A stretch of 64,000 nucleotides of DNA. Source: a virus. The notes beneath the pieces are model-generated. The model worked only from the letters and a program-made list of their open reading frames with translations. It was not told the origin of the DNA and did no database searches. Shown piece after piece: positions 19,447-30,357 of this stretch. The translations under genes were made by a program, and so were the position numbers. Numbering within the stretch: the first letter of the stretch is position 1; each line of letters opens with the position of its first letter. Where the stretch lies: positions 1 through 64,000 of IMG/VR virus record IMGVR_UViG_3300035670_000143, one strand, 5' to 3'.

Positions 19447-19815
19447 ATGTCAATTTCAAATTATGCTGAAAATAAAATTTTAGACCATCTAGCAGGTGTT
19501 ACGTCATGGACTATGCCTTCTGCTCTATATATCCAACTGCATACTGGTGATCCTGGTGAAAATGGCACTTCATCTGCTGCTGTAGAAAACAGTCGTAAAT
19601 CAGTGTCTTGGGGCAGTGCTTCGGGGGGAAGTATATCTGCTAGTGCTGCAATTTCTTGGGTTAATGTCGCTGCTGAGGAAACTTATACTCATTGGAGTAT
19701 TTGGGATGCCTCTACTAGTGGCAACTGTTTGTGGACTGGAGCTCTTTCTTCAAGTGCATCGATGTTGGTAGGTGAGTCTTTTCAAATAACCTCTCTGTCT
19801 TTAACGCTTGATTAG
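19447..19815 (+). CDS. Minor tail/virion protein
   Basis: MSISNYAENKILDHL..LHTGDPGE..THWSIWDA.T.GN pattern; SD GAGG. Confidence 0.65.
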   Translation: MSISNYAENKILDHLAGVTSWTMPSALYIQLHTGDPGENGTSSAAVENSRKSVSWGSASGGSISASAAISWVNVAAEETYTHWSIWDASTSGNCLWTGALSSSASMLVGESFQITSLSLTLD

Positions 19816-19823
19816 GAGGTTGC

Positions 19824-20480
19824 ATGACAACTTCGTTTCCTTCTTCGTTAGATTCTTTTAGCAATCCAACATCTATAGATAGTTTAAGCAATCCTTCACA
19901 TGCTGGACAGCACGCTAATGTTAATGATGCCGTAGAAGCTTTGCAGGCGAAAGTTGGTGTGGACAGCTCGGCTGTTGCGACTAGTCTTGACTATAAAGTT
20001 TCTCAACTTGAAACGAATAGTGTTACTTTATCTGGGTCTGCAACCTTAACAAATAAAACTTTATCTGCTCCTATTATCAATGACGCAGTTCTGAAAAGCA
20101 CAAAAGAGTCGTGGTCAATTTCAAATACAGCTATATCTGGTACTGTGAATTTGAATGTTCTTACATCTAGTGCCTGGATTTATACGAATGGGGCATCAAA
20201 CAATTGGACTTTAAATATAAGCGATGGAAACAATACGTTTGGTAATTCTCTATCTGTCGGTGACTCTATGACCGTAGTTCTTGCAGTTACTCTGGGCGGT
20301 GTTGGCTATTATTGTGATGAAGTTAGAATTGATGATCTTATAGTATATCCAGAATGGCAGGGGGATGTTACTCCATCTTCTGGTAATGCAAACTCAACTG
20401 ACGTTTATATATTCACTATTATTAAAACAAACTCTGCACCGTCATATACAATTCTTGCTTCGCAGACACAGTTTGCGTGA
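19824..20480 (+). CDS. Tail fibre-type protein
   Basis: TLTNKTL repeat; C-terminal WQG..PS.GNA..TDVY.FTIIKT domain. Confidence 0.6.
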   Translation: MTTSFPSSLDSFSNPTSIDSLSNPSHAGQHANVNDAVEALQAKVGVDSSAVATSLDYKVSQLETNSVTLSGSATLTNKTLSAPIINDAVLKSTKESWSISNTAISGTVNLNVLTSSAWIYTNGASNNWTLNISDGNNTFGNSLSVGDSMTVVLAVTLGGVGYYCDEVRIDDLIVYPEWQGDVTPSSGNANSTDVYIFTIIKTNSAPSYTILASQTQFA

Positions 20481-20489
20481 GGTTAATGT

Positions 20490-21329
20490 ATGCCATTAAT
20501 TACCACATTTGCATCTTCAAGCATTAGTGGATTAGGGTTCTCTGGCTCTAGGTCAGAAATCTTATTAATTGATTATTTCATTGTTGGTGGCGGTGGTGGT
20601 GGTCAAGGTGATCGTGGCGGTGGAGGCGGTGGAGGCTATACGACCTATGGAAGTGTTGTAGTTGAACCACTTGTCGATTACACAGTTGTTGTAGGTGCTG
20701 GAGGCGCTGGAGGCACTGGAGGTTTTAATATTTCCAATCCTGGCTCTAACGGTGGAACATCTCAGTTTTCTACTTTTACTTCGGCTGGTGGTGTTGGTGG
20801 TGGAAATGCCGGCGGCAAGTCTGGCGGCAATGGTGGATCTGGTGGTGGTTCTGGCAATGGTACGAATAGCGCACTGGATTTATCTGGTGGTTCTAATGGT
20901 GGCAATGGGTCTAATAGCGGTGGCACTGGCCAGGGGACAACAACGCAATCATTTGGCAATCCTCCGTTTATAAGAAATAATATTGTTTATTATGGTGCAG
21001 GTGGTGGTGGTGGTTCATATGACAGTTCTTCGATTATTACCGGTGGGGAAAGTTTTGGTGGTAATGGCGGTAGAAGATTGAATACATTAAACCCTACAAA
21101 TGGTGGACCTAACTCTGGTGGTGGAGGGGGCGGTGGAATGGAGCAGGGTAATGGCGCAAGTGGTGGATCGGGGACTGTTTGGCTTAGGCATCCGTCTGCG
21201 TATAATGGAGAATTTATTACCAGCCCAGGTTTAGTTTATAATACACAATTAACAGATGGTTATATTTATTACTTTTTTGAAGCAGGCTCTGGTACTGTAT
21301 CGTGGGCGCGCTCACTCAGCCTTTTCTGA
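20490..21329 (+). CDS. Glycine-rich virion/tail protein
   Basis: Extensive GGGG tracts, VVVGAGGAGG, GGSGTVWLR. Confidence 0.7.
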   Translation: MPLITTFASSSISGLGFSGSRSEILLIDYFIVGGGGGGQGDRGGGGGGGYTTYGSVVVEPLVDYTVVVGAGGAGGTGGFNISNPGSNGGTSQFSTFTSAGGVGGGNAGGKSGGNGGSGGGSGNGTNSALDLSGGSNGGNGSNSGGTGQGTTTQSFGNPPFIRNNIVYYGAGGGGGSYDSSSIITGGESFGGNGGRRLNTLNPTNGGPNSGGGGGGGMEQGNGASGGSGTVWLRHPSAYNGEFITSPGLVYNTQLTDGYIYYFFEAGSGTVSWARSLSLF

Positions 21330-21384
21330 TTAAGCGGGTTTTGCAGGAATTATTTAGAACACATTATAAGGTATAATAGTATGT

Positions 21385-23439
21385 ATGACTGCCAATTATA
21401 ATGAATCTCAGCAGTATAATAATGCTAATTATTCTTATAGTGGCACAGACCTAGTTTGGGATAATTCTTCCATATCATACGACAGCATCACGTTGTCTTA
21501 TGATGATTATCCATTAAGAACGGCTTCGGGATCGGCTGTTGGATCCTCAACTTCTTCTGGTGATAAGATCTACACCCAGAGAACAGCGACTTCTTCTGGG
21601 TCTGGATCTTCATCAAGCCAATTTGCTTATCTAAAAACCTCTAGCGTATCGGGTTCTGCTTCTGGCTCTGCTTCTTCAACCGAATCTGTGTTGATTCCAA
21701 GGGGAGCCACCGGTAGCGCTACAGGTGGTTCAAATACTGTTTATGATAAGACAAATCGACTTGAGAGGCAAGTTGTCGGTACGGGCAATGGTAGTCATGG
21801 AATTAATAGCAACAGCTTTGTTCCATCAGTGTTGCCTTGGAATGATTCATATTATTCGATAACATTTAATAGTAATGGATATAAGTTCTATGGTTTAGAT
21901 GTTGAGCCGAGCATTGCTGCAGCCGGTCTGTTTGTTGAGTCTAACCTTACTGTCTCCGCTTATGAGATTCAGTATGCTTCGGCATCCATTTCTTCAAACA
22001 CAGAAACATTTGTTTCTGCTATAGAGATACAGTATGCTCTGATCTCGGTCAGCGGCCTTTCTGTTTCTGTTGTTTTGGCTCTTGAAGAGCAACGAGCAAG
22101 AATTGCTATTGATATCGAATCTAATGCTGTAATTGACACGATGAAGGATGCTTATGCAAGAGCATCTCTTAGTGGTGATCTTACTGCTGTTTCTTCGCCA
22201 ATTGAAATCCAGTATGCAAGTTCTAGTGTTTCATTTGATGCTGAATGCACCCCAACTGCTATTGAGATTCTGTATGCGGATCCGGTGGACCAATCCATTG
22301 AATCTGAATTTACATCTAATGCAACAAGAGTACGGGTCGTTAGTTGTAGTTTGTCCATTGAAGCCAGCGTAAATGTTGGAGCGTATAAGTTTGCTAGGGC
22401 ATTGATTGATAACATAATTGACGCTCAGTTGACAGCGACTGCTTATAAGGAAACATGGATGACATCATCAATGAGTGCTGATGGTGATGTTACTCCGAGA
22501 GCGATTGAAATTCAGTATGCATACCCAGATCCTATGGTATCTGAACTTGATGCAACTATAAGAGCCATTGAAATTCTTTTGACCGGATCAGTTGTTTCAT
22601 TTGAGTCTGATGCAACAGTCACGGCATATGAAATTCAGCTTGGCAAAGCAGATCTTTCTATTGAAGGTTACACATTAACTGTAGCCCAGGAAATTCTCTA
22701 TCCAGAAATTGCTATTGATATAACTTCCGATGCTCAGGTCACGGCGTACAAGATTGCATACTCAGAGTGTAGTCTGTCAATTGAATCTGACATGTCCGTA
22801 ACAGCATATGAGATTCAGTATGCTCGTCAGGATATAAATGTTGAGTCTGAACTTGTTGCTGATGGTACAAAGATTGCTTATGCCGCCGCTGATCTTTCCG
22901 TTGAAGGATACACGGTAACTGTTGGTAAGGAAATACTGTTTGCCAGGATTTCTGTAGCATTTAGCACTAATGTCCTGTTCGTTACTCCTCTCAGGTTCAG
23001 CGATAATATTGTTGAAGATACACAGGTTATTAGGACACTCCTGTTGCTTGATGATAAACCGCTGACCGAGCACAATAGAACATTTGCTAGTTCAATAAAT
23101 CCTTCATTTATTGAGACAACTAACTGGAAAAATTCAAGAAACAGGTACTACAAGAAATCAAGCGGAAGAAAAACTTTTTCAATAACTTGGTCATATGTTC
23201 CAAACAATAGAGAGAATACAGTTGATTTAAAGTTTGGAAGGGATATGATTAATAGAATAGCAAACGATCCAGATATACATACATTGAGATACTTAAACAT
23301 CGACTCTGATGGGACGAATCCGTACTCAGAGGAGCAGTTGGATGTTGTTGTTAAGAGCTATTCAGAAAAATTAGTGAGAAGAGACATTGACAATGATGTA
23401 TACTTTTGGGACTGCGCTTTGGAGTTAGAGGAAGTATAA
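21385..23439 (+). CDS. Minor tail protein with ~19-20 aa tandem repeats and a Dit-like C-terminal domain
   Basis: Repeated A(Y/I)EIQYA units; C-terminus paralogous to 17564-17959. Confidence 0.7.
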   Translation: MTANYNESQQYNNANYSYSGTDLVWDNSSISYDSITLSYDDYPLRTASGSAVGSSTSSGDKIYTQRTATSSGSGSSSSQFAYLKTSSVSGSASGSASSTESVLIPRGATGSATGGSNTVYDKTNRLERQVVGTGNGSHGINSNSFVPSVLPWNDSYYSITFNSNGYKFYGLDVEPSIAAAGLFVESNLTVSAYEIQYASASISSNTETFVSAIEIQYALISVSGLSVSVVLALEEQRARIAIDIESNAVIDTMKDAYARASLSGDLTAVSSPIEIQYASSSVSFDAECTPTAIEILYADPVDQSIESEFTSNATRVRVVSCSLSIEASVNVGAYKFARALIDNIIDAQLTATAYKETWMTSSMSADGDVTPRAIEIQYAYPDPMVSELDATIRAIEILLTGSVVSFESDATVTAYEIQLGKADLSIEGYTLTVAQEILYPEIAIDITSDAQVTAYKIAYSECSLSIESDMSVTAYEIQYARQDINVESELVADGTKIAYAAADLSVEGYTVTVGKEILFARISVAFSTNVLFVTPLRFSDNIVEDTQVIRTLLLLDDKPLTEHNRTFASSINPSFIETTNWKNSRNRYYKKSSGRKTFSITWSYVPNNRENTVDLKFGRDMINRIANDPDIHTLRYLNIDSDGTNPYSEEQLDVVVKSYSEKLVRRDIDNDVYFWDCALELEEV

Positions 23440-23440
23440 A

Positions 23441-26400
23441 ATGATTAATGTTGATATATACAACAAGCAATTAAGTACTCAATTTAATTCTAAAATTGTA
23501 TCGTCTTCGCAAAGAATTAAACCAAAAGTTTTAATTGACTGGCTAGATACTAGACATTGTAGTAATTTATCTGTATCAACTAATGATGTATACTCTGAAA
23601 CTGGCGCTGGCACATTTGCTTATTATTTTGATCCAAAGCAAGCGTTTAATGGGTTTGAAAGACAGTCGTTTACGTGGGCTGTCTGTAACTCAAAAGATAT
23701 AAATGGTAAGACTATTACCGCTGATGGGACATGGCATGCTGTACCTAAAGATATTTCTGGTAACTATGAGTTTGGGTGGTGGTCATCTTATAAATCTAGC
23801 AATACTGCTCATGTTACATATGATGGATATGGGTTCACAACGAACCCCGTTATTACAGCCTCTTTTGACAATAGAAAATGCAACCTGATAAGAGTCTTTA
23901 CTTCAGAGTATTCTGGGCAAATAGATACATATAGAATAACAATTCGCAGTAATGACTCTGGTGTTCCTAATCCGCTTTTCTCAGAAGTGGTTAGAATATT
24001 AGATGGTAGATATTACTTCGATCACTTCCTCCCTGAATCAGTCGGTCATTCAACAATTTATCAAGTAGAGATTGAAATCTTAACTGTAAAAAACCCATCT
24101 GACCGAGCTAGGATTCAGGAGATAAACATTATCTATCAGGAGGATATGTCAGATTACGTTATTTCATATACCTCTGATAAAGCAAGAGATGTTCATGAAT
24201 CTAGCTTACCTATCGCTGGCTCTTCTTCGGGTACTGTCAAAATTGATTTTGATAATACAAATAAAGATTTTAATATTTTCGGAACATCTTCACAATTTGG
24301 TCAATACATGAAAAAAGATATCAAGATGCAAGTAACATCTGGATGGCAAATCTTTAAGCATGATGATGATGAGGTAGAGAAAATACTTCTACAAACAATT
24401 TCAAGTTCTGATTTATCAATGTCTATTAATAATACAGATGAACTTCCTGATGGCGGTGCTGGTAATTATTTTATCTTATGCATAGATCCAGATAAGTATA
24501 GTAAAGAGTATGTGCTGTGTTCAGCAAAATCCGGTACTTATGATATAACTATTGTTGAAAGAGGATATGCTAATACGATTGCAAGATCTCATCAAATCGG
24601 CTCCAAAGTAATATTTGAAACATTTGAGTACCCAGCTTACGCTGAGGTGTATGTTGATGAGTGGTCATCAAGCACAGATAGCATGTCTGTTAACGCAACT
24701 GCAACTGACTGGTCTAAATTTTTAAATGAAAAGATTATTACTGACGGGTTCTTTTTGGAAAAAGATACCGTGACATCAGCAGTGGAAAAGTTGTTGATGA
24801 CTTGTAATTTCCCTAAAAAGAAAATTCAAAGTTTAAATAGATTTGATGTAGATGCAAGAAATATGAAGGCTATTCTTCATTTTGATTTTAATGAGTCTGC
24901 CATAGATAGATCAGGTAATTCTATCTCTGTAGACAATGGATTGCGATCAAGATTCTTTGCGCTACCTTCGGGGTCTTACAACAAGGTAAAGGATATAACC
25001 GCCGATGCTTTGGACAGGAATCTAACACAATTAGAGAAGGCTCTAGGAGAGACTTCCTTCGTTTCTCCTAGTTATGTTGCTAATTCAAAAGATATCTCCA
25101 CTAATTCGCTGTGTCTGGAACTGGGGGCTTCTTCGGGCTTCTCGTTCACAGCAAATAACGGTGATAGCGTTTCTGAATACTTTAACTGTGTTTTTGATGG
25201 ATTCTATATTCCAACTGAGACTGGGGAGCAGTACATTGTTGTTGATATCGCCAATGGCGGGGTTAGAGTATATCTTGATGATAATTTAATTCTTAATGAG
25301 TGGAGACTACATCCGGTTTCTGCTGGTTCGTATTTTACTGTTGAGTCTGGTGCTCTTGATTTGACGGCAGGTAAGCCATACAAGATAAGAGTTGAGGCAT
25401 TTCATTATTCTGGTGACTTCGCTATCACGCTTAAATATGCAGTTGGGCTGTCACCCTCAGAAGATATAACTCCATCTATGACAAAAACTATTGCAGCCAT
25501 AGATTCAATTGGGTCTAGAAATGCTAGCTTTATTCCTGGTGACCCAGATAGAAATAAACAGTGTAACTACGGTTTATATCTTGGTGGAGGGAATATTGGC
25601 CTCACGGGTGGAATGGAGTCTTCTGAAGAGAATAGGGCTGTCCTGTTCGGCTCTAGTAAATATTTAAGATTGCCATATGACATATCATGGGACTTAACTA
25701 ATTCCTCTAGTGAAAATTATACAGGTGATTTTACAATAGAAATCTTAGTTAAGCCTACGGAAGCTTTTTCTAACAATGGTGAGTATCTAAGTACATGGGT
25801 AGATTCTGGTTCGTCGTCTGATGGTTTTGAATTTTATAGTAACGCATCATCTCATGGCTTTAAGATATTTACAACAGGCGGGTATCAGTCAGTATCATCC
25901 AATGTGGCTCTGTCTACGTCTGACTGGTCACATCTATGCGTTACGTATTCGTCAGGATCTTCTAGTCTTAAGTATTACGTTAATGGGGAAATAAGTAATA
26001 GTCTTGTATTGTCAAACTCTTTATCTTCCTGGTCTAATCTAGATCTGACTTTTGCCGGGAGAGGGGCATATTATGACGAGCTCTCTTTTTCAGAAGTCGC
26101 CCCATCAGATATTAGAGATATATATTTTGATGAATTTGTTCTGTACAATACAGAACTATCTAGTTCACATATTAAAAATAGATATACAGAAATTAATATG
26201 AAAGAGCTAACAATTTATCCATTTTTATATGGAAGCGAAAACTCTGTGCGCCAAATAATTGATGAGATATCTTTAGCAGATTTGGGTAGGTTCTATATCG
26301 ATGAATTAAATAATGCTAGATATGAACATTATTATAAGTTATTTGAAGAAACAATAGATCAGCATGCTAATGTTCAATCATCAATTAACGATGACAATTC

Positions 26401-27328
26401 AATCATTAGCGCTGATTACAATGTACAGTTGCAAGCAAATAAAGTAGTTGTAAAGATATCTGGCATTTCATCTAATCTAGTTGGTGTTCAACCTTTATGG
26501 CGTGCTCCTGACCCAACAACTCTTGCTGTTGTTAATTTAGATTCGTCACTTACTGCTGCAGATACTTCAATGTATGTATCGACAACGACAGATCCGCCTT
26601 TTTCTAAAGCTGGATATTTAGTTATTGATGATGAAATTATTAAATATAACGACACAACACCAAACTCTTTTTTAAACTTAGAAAGAGGATACTTTAATAC
26701 AAGTGCTACAACTCATACGGCAAATACAAAGGTGAGAGAAGTTAGATATTGGGATCTTAAATATGACAAAGCACCAGCCTTCCAAGTTAAGAATCCCTTT
26801 ATTACAGGGATACTATTTGAGTCACCAGACGAGATTCAATTAATAAGATTCATACCGTCTGCTTATGGTGCAGAATTGATTATAGCTGCTAGTGAGAATG
26901 TAGATAAAGGTGAATTTGTATTTGCGGAAGGAACAAATCCATTAACTGAAAAGGTTTCTTTTACATCTATAGCAGGCATCCCTGTTGTTGTTACAGAACA
27001 AAATAGCCAGATCAAAGAACAAGTAGCTGACTTAGAAGACAATATTAGATTATACGGTCTTAAAGAAGTTGTAATAGAAAATAGATTCATTACAGACTTT
27101 AATCACGGACAAAAAATAGCGGATTTTATAATTAGTAAAATGAGTGCTCCAGTTCCTATACTTAATATTACTACAATACCTACACCAAAAATTCAAGTTG
27201 GTGATAGAATTAGAATTACTGAACTTGATGCTTTTGATATAATTAATGGTGATTATTGGGTCATGAGTAAAAGTTATAGTTATAGCTCTAGTCCAACACA
27301 ATCAATGGTGCTTAGGAAGGTGGTGTAG
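23441..27328 (+). CDS. Large tail tip/hub protein with PA14-like and LamG/ConA-like domains
   Basis: FDGFYIP..G..GGVRVYLDD..DLTAGKPYKIRVE (PA14-like); DFTIEILVKP..WSHLCVTY..YVNG..FDEFVLYN (LamG-like); IQVGDRI end. Confidence 0.75.
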   Translation: MINVDIYNKQLSTQFNSKIVSSSQRIKPKVLIDWLDTRHCSNLSVSTNDVYSETGAGTFAYYFDPKQAFNGFERQSFTWAVCNSKDINGKTITADGTWHAVPKDISGNYEFGWWSSYKSSNTAHVTYDGYGFTTNPVITASFDNRKCNLIRVFTSEYSGQIDTYRITIRSNDSGVPNPLFSEVVRILDGRYYFDHFLPESVGHSTIYQVEIEILTVKNPSDRARIQEINIIYQEDMSDYVISYTSDKARDVHESSLPIAGSSSGTVKIDFDNTNKDFNIFGTSSQFGQYMKKDIKMQVTSGWQIFKHDDDEVEKILLQTISSSDLSMSINNTDELPDGGAGNYFILCIDPDKYSKEYVLCSAKSGTYDITIVERGYANTIARSHQIGSKVIFETFEYPAYAEVYVDEWSSSTDSMSVNATATDWSKFLNEKIITDGFFLEKDTVTSAVEKLLMTCNFPKKKIQSLNRFDVDARNMKAILHFDFNESAIDRSGNSISVDNGLRSRFFALPSGSYNKVKDITADALDRNLTQLEKALGETSFVSPSYVANSKDISTNSLCLELGASSGFSFTANNGDSVSEYFNCVFDGFYIPTETGEQYIVVDIANGGVRVYLDDNLILNEWRLHPVSAGSYFTVESGALDLTAGKPYKIRVEAFHYSGDFAITLKYAVGLSPSEDITPSMTKTIAAIDSIGSRNASFIPGDPDRNKQCNYGLYLGGGNIGLTGGMESSEENRAVLFGSSKYLRLPYDISWDLTNSSSENYTGDFTIEILVKPTEAFSNNGEYLSTWVDSGSSSDGFEFYSNASSHGFKIFTTGGYQSVSSNVALSTSDWSHLCVTYSSGSSSLKYYVNGEISNSLVLSNSLSSWSNLDLTFAGRGAYYDELSFSEVAPSDIRDIYFDEFVLYNTELSSSHIKNRYTEINMKELTIYPFLYGSENSVRQIIDEISLADLGRFYIDELNNARYEHYYKLFEETIDQHANVQSSINDDNSIISADYNVQLQANKVVVKISGISSNLVGVQPLWRAPDPTTLAVVNLDSSLTAADTSMYVSTTTDPPFSKAGYLVIDDEIIKYNDTTPNSFLNLERGYFNTSATTHTANTKVREVRYWDLKYDKAPAFQVKNPFITGILFESPDEIQLIRFIPSAYGAELIIAASENVDKGEFVFAEGTNPLTEKVSFTSIAGIPVVVTEQNSQIKEQVADLEDNIRLYGLKEVVIENRFITDFNHGQKIADFIISKMSAPVPILNITTIPTPKIQVGDRIRITELDAFDIINGDYWVMSKSYSYSSSPTQSMVLRKVV

Positions 27329-27330
27329 CA

Positions 27331-28467
27331 ATGAGGGCTAGATCTAGTGCAATATCTGAAAGTGGTGTTGTCTATTTTTCTGCTGGCGGCCATAGCCATG
27401 ATGGTGTCGGGTCATCTATCATAGATACAAGTAAATACTCTATTTTTGATTTTGGATTTGGGCTAGTCGGAACTAATAACGATAGAATTAATAAACAAAC
27501 TATTAATGAAACTGCATTTAAAAACTTTATTATTAAAACAATAAACGAATCAGTGTTAGAGCCGGCAGGGATCGTCCTTCAGGAAAACATAATTAATTCT
27601 AGGAATATTATTTCTGGTTCTATCACCGGTGTGGAAATTGCTGCTAATACAATTACTGGTAATAATATTGCCGCTGGAACAATTACGGCTGATCTAATTG
27701 ATGCTAATGCATTAATTGTTAGTTCTGTTCTACTTAATAATGGTGACTATTGGAATGATGATTTTGGATTTCAATTGGGTGGTGCTAATGGAATTATTTA
27801 TTCTGGAAATACTATAACAATTGGAACTAATGTAAATATTACTGCTGAACTTGCTGCCGACAGTATCACGGTTGGTGCTGGTGGTAATATCTTAGAGATT
27901 GATGATGATCTTCAATCTGGTACAAAAGCAGGTCTTGAGATCGGTGGTGGTGCTTATAATTACTGGTACACGGATGGAACATTCCGTGTTGGTGGAGCAT
28001 TCTCTTTCATGGAGTGGGACGGTACAACCTTTAGAATTAGAGGTGGATTTGACTCAGGTGGAGAAGATTCTATTGAATTAGAAGGTCTTGTTATTTCAAG
28101 TAGACCATTGGATGATCCTAGTTTTTTAACCTATGGCGCTGTTGTCTTAGCTCCCGCTGAGTATTCCAGTACTGGTGGTAATGATGCCATCAGATTTTAC
28201 TCTGGTAGTAGTAGCGAGAACTCTAATAATACAGCCTCTATTCGCGCTTTAGACGGTGGTGATCTTCGTATATCTGGGTCTGCCGCTTCACAGTCTATAT
28301 CGCTAAGTTCTGTTTCTAATGGTGTTTCGTTTGGCGGTCCAGCTTATGCGACATCTTACTCAAACACTTCTGTTAATGAAGGTGCATATTTTAGAAATAT
28401 ATCATATGGTAATGCGACGGTTAAAAATAATCTTGTACCTATTATTGGAGATATACATTTTAGTTGA
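27331..28467 (+). CDS. Tail protein with IAANTIT-type repeats
   Basis: GHSHDG motif; GSITGVEIAANTITGNNIAAGTITAD. Confidence 0.65.
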   Translation: MRARSSAISESGVVYFSAGGHSHDGVGSSIIDTSKYSIFDFGFGLVGTNNDRINKQTINETAFKNFIIKTINESVLEPAGIVLQENIINSRNIISGSITGVEIAANTITGNNIAAGTITADLIDANALIVSSVLLNNGDYWNDDFGFQLGGANGIIYSGNTITIGTNVNITAELAADSITVGAGGNILEIDDDLQSGTKAGLEIGGGAYNYWYTDGTFRVGGAFSFMEWDGTTFRIRGGFDSGGEDSIELEGLVISSRPLDDPSFLTYGAVVLAPAEYSSTGGNDAIRFYSGSSSENSNNTASIRALDGGDLRISGSAASQSISLSSVSNGVSFGGPAYATSYSNTSVNEGAYFRNISYGNATVKNNLVPIIGDIHFS

Positions 28468-28473
28468 GGCTTT

Positions 28474-30357
28474 ATGGGCATTGAAGTATATACAAACTCT
28501 GGATGGCAGAACTATTATGATCCTGAAATATACACCGCATCAGGATGGCAGGATATTTTATTTGGCGAGGTATACACAGGTACTGGCCCTAATAATGGTT
28601 GGGATTATTTTTATGTAAGAATTAATGTTGTTGATCCTGAAATAACAGAGGTTTCTAAAACTCAAACATCGATTACAGTAAATGTTAGTCATACCAACCC
28701 AGACTCTGACCTTGTTCGTGTTTATATATATCGTCTTGATGGTAATGGTAATCCTATTAATGGTCAGTACTTTCCAAGCCAGGCTGGTACAACTGGTACA
28801 ATTAATCAAAACTATACACAATCAAGTCTTCAGTTAGGTACTACTTATACATTCCGTGCTTATGCCGAATATTTAGATGCCAATGGTAATGTTATGATTA
28901 CTAGCGGTATTGACCAACTGTCTGTTACTACTGATGTCTATAATCTCTATACGCCAACAAATTTATCACTTGTTAAAGATGGGTATGATCTATCAGGTAG
29001 TGTGTATACAGGGAGATTGACTGCTACAGCAAGTTCTAATCCCCTGTATTCTCAGAATGGTAGCGTAGCATATATTAGGTTTGAGTTGACTGATGGATTT
29101 ACTACATATACATTAAATAGTTCTAATCTTTTTAATACCGATTCATTGCAATCAAAAAGTGTTACATTTACTGGTTTAAATTTAGGTACACAATGGATTT
29201 GTCGTGCTAGAACTATTTATACAACTATAGGTGAACAGAGTAGTTGGACTGGGTATTCTGCGCCAGCAACAACTGTTAACTGGACTAGAGTATACGTTCC
29301 ATCCCAGAATACGTATGCTCATATGCAGAATTCATCTTATTTTATATCTTTTGCATCATCTGGTACTAGTAATAAGTCAGGGAATCCAACATCCCAAGCA
29401 TCAGATGGTAATATATCAACACAATGGGTGTCTGACCCATACACAACTCAAACGACAACAACTCAGGAATCTAGGAATATATCAACAACATCATATGATG
29501 ATTTTCTTGGTATCATAACACATGATACTTCTGGTACTCATAATATAACAGCGGATGGTGTCTCTGGTACTACACAAGTAAACAGTCTTACTTTTGGACT
29601 AGCCGGTGCTGTCTTTACTGACGCATCATCTATTACATTTGAAGTTTCTGATGCCTATTCAATTATTCGTGGTAGTGGAACTATTAACGGTAGTGGTTTA
29701 GCAAATGTTGACGGCGTTCCTAGAACAATACTAACAGTTCAGCCAGTGACAAGTGGCGTGCGACAGGTTCGTTTTGCTAGGCCGTCAAATGTTGCTGAGG
29801 GTCTAAAAGCCGAACAGGGAACTCTTTTTATAGGAAGCCAAAGCACAGTGAATGGTAACTCAGTATCTAGTCTTGGTGGGTCAAGTACTGTATTTAGAGT
29901 TGATAGCAATACTTTTAATCGATTTGAAAGTAGTAATCCAGGTTCAATGCCGACAACTAGCACATCTGGCACAGTAACATACAATGTTCAAACTGAAACC
30001 CAAGTTCCCAAGGGAGCCGGGTCGGAAACTTTAACATTGTTTGCTGCGCCTGCTAACATGTCCTCTCCTAGAAGAGATGTGCAATTGGAGGCTGTAAGTT
30101 ATAGGCATGGCACATTAGGAAGTTCTAGTGCAAGCATAATAATAAATGGTAATAGTATAGGAAGTTATACTCCTAGTGCAAACTCTACATTTCTATCATC
30201 AACACCAGAATTGGCTCCCAATTATACATCTATTGGTGGGACAGGGGGGACAGGTTGGTATGTAACATGCACTGTCGCAAGAGCTTTAAGTGGTAGTTTG
30301 TATTATTCAACAACAAGCGAGGTACAATTGAGGTATAGTTATGAGGTATTACAATGA
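28474..30357 (+). CDS. Tail fibre/receptor-binding protein with Fn3-like domains
   Basis: LQLGTTYTFRAYA and FTGLNLGTQW.CRAR motifs; S/T-rich. Confidence 0.65.
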   Translation: MGIEVYTNSGWQNYYDPEIYTASGWQDILFGEVYTGTGPNNGWDYFYVRINVVDPEITEVSKTQTSITVNVSHTNPDSDLVRVYIYRLDGNGNPINGQYFPSQAGTTGTINQNYTQSSLQLGTTYTFRAYAEYLDANGNVMITSGIDQLSVTTDVYNLYTPTNLSLVKDGYDLSGSVYTGRLTATASSNPLYSQNGSVAYIRFELTDGFTTYTLNSSNLFNTDSLQSKSVTFTGLNLGTQWICRARTIYTTIGEQSSWTGYSAPATTVNWTRVYVPSQNTYAHMQNSSYFISFASSGTSNKSGNPTSQASDGNISTQWVSDPYTTQTTTTQESRNISTTSYDDFLGIITHDTSGTHNITADGVSGTTQVNSLTFGLAGAVFTDASSITFEVSDAYSIIRGSGTINGSGLANVDGVPRTILTVQPVTSGVRQVRFARPSNVAEGLKAEQGTLFIGSQSTVNGNSVSSLGGSSTVFRVDSNTFNRFESSNPGSMPTTSTSGTVTYNVQTETQVPKGAGSETLTLFAAPANMSSPRRDVQLEAVSYRHGTLGSSSASIIINGNSIGSYTPSANSTFLSSTPELAPNYTSIGGTGGTGWYVTCTVARALSGSLYYSTTSEVQLRYSYEVLQ

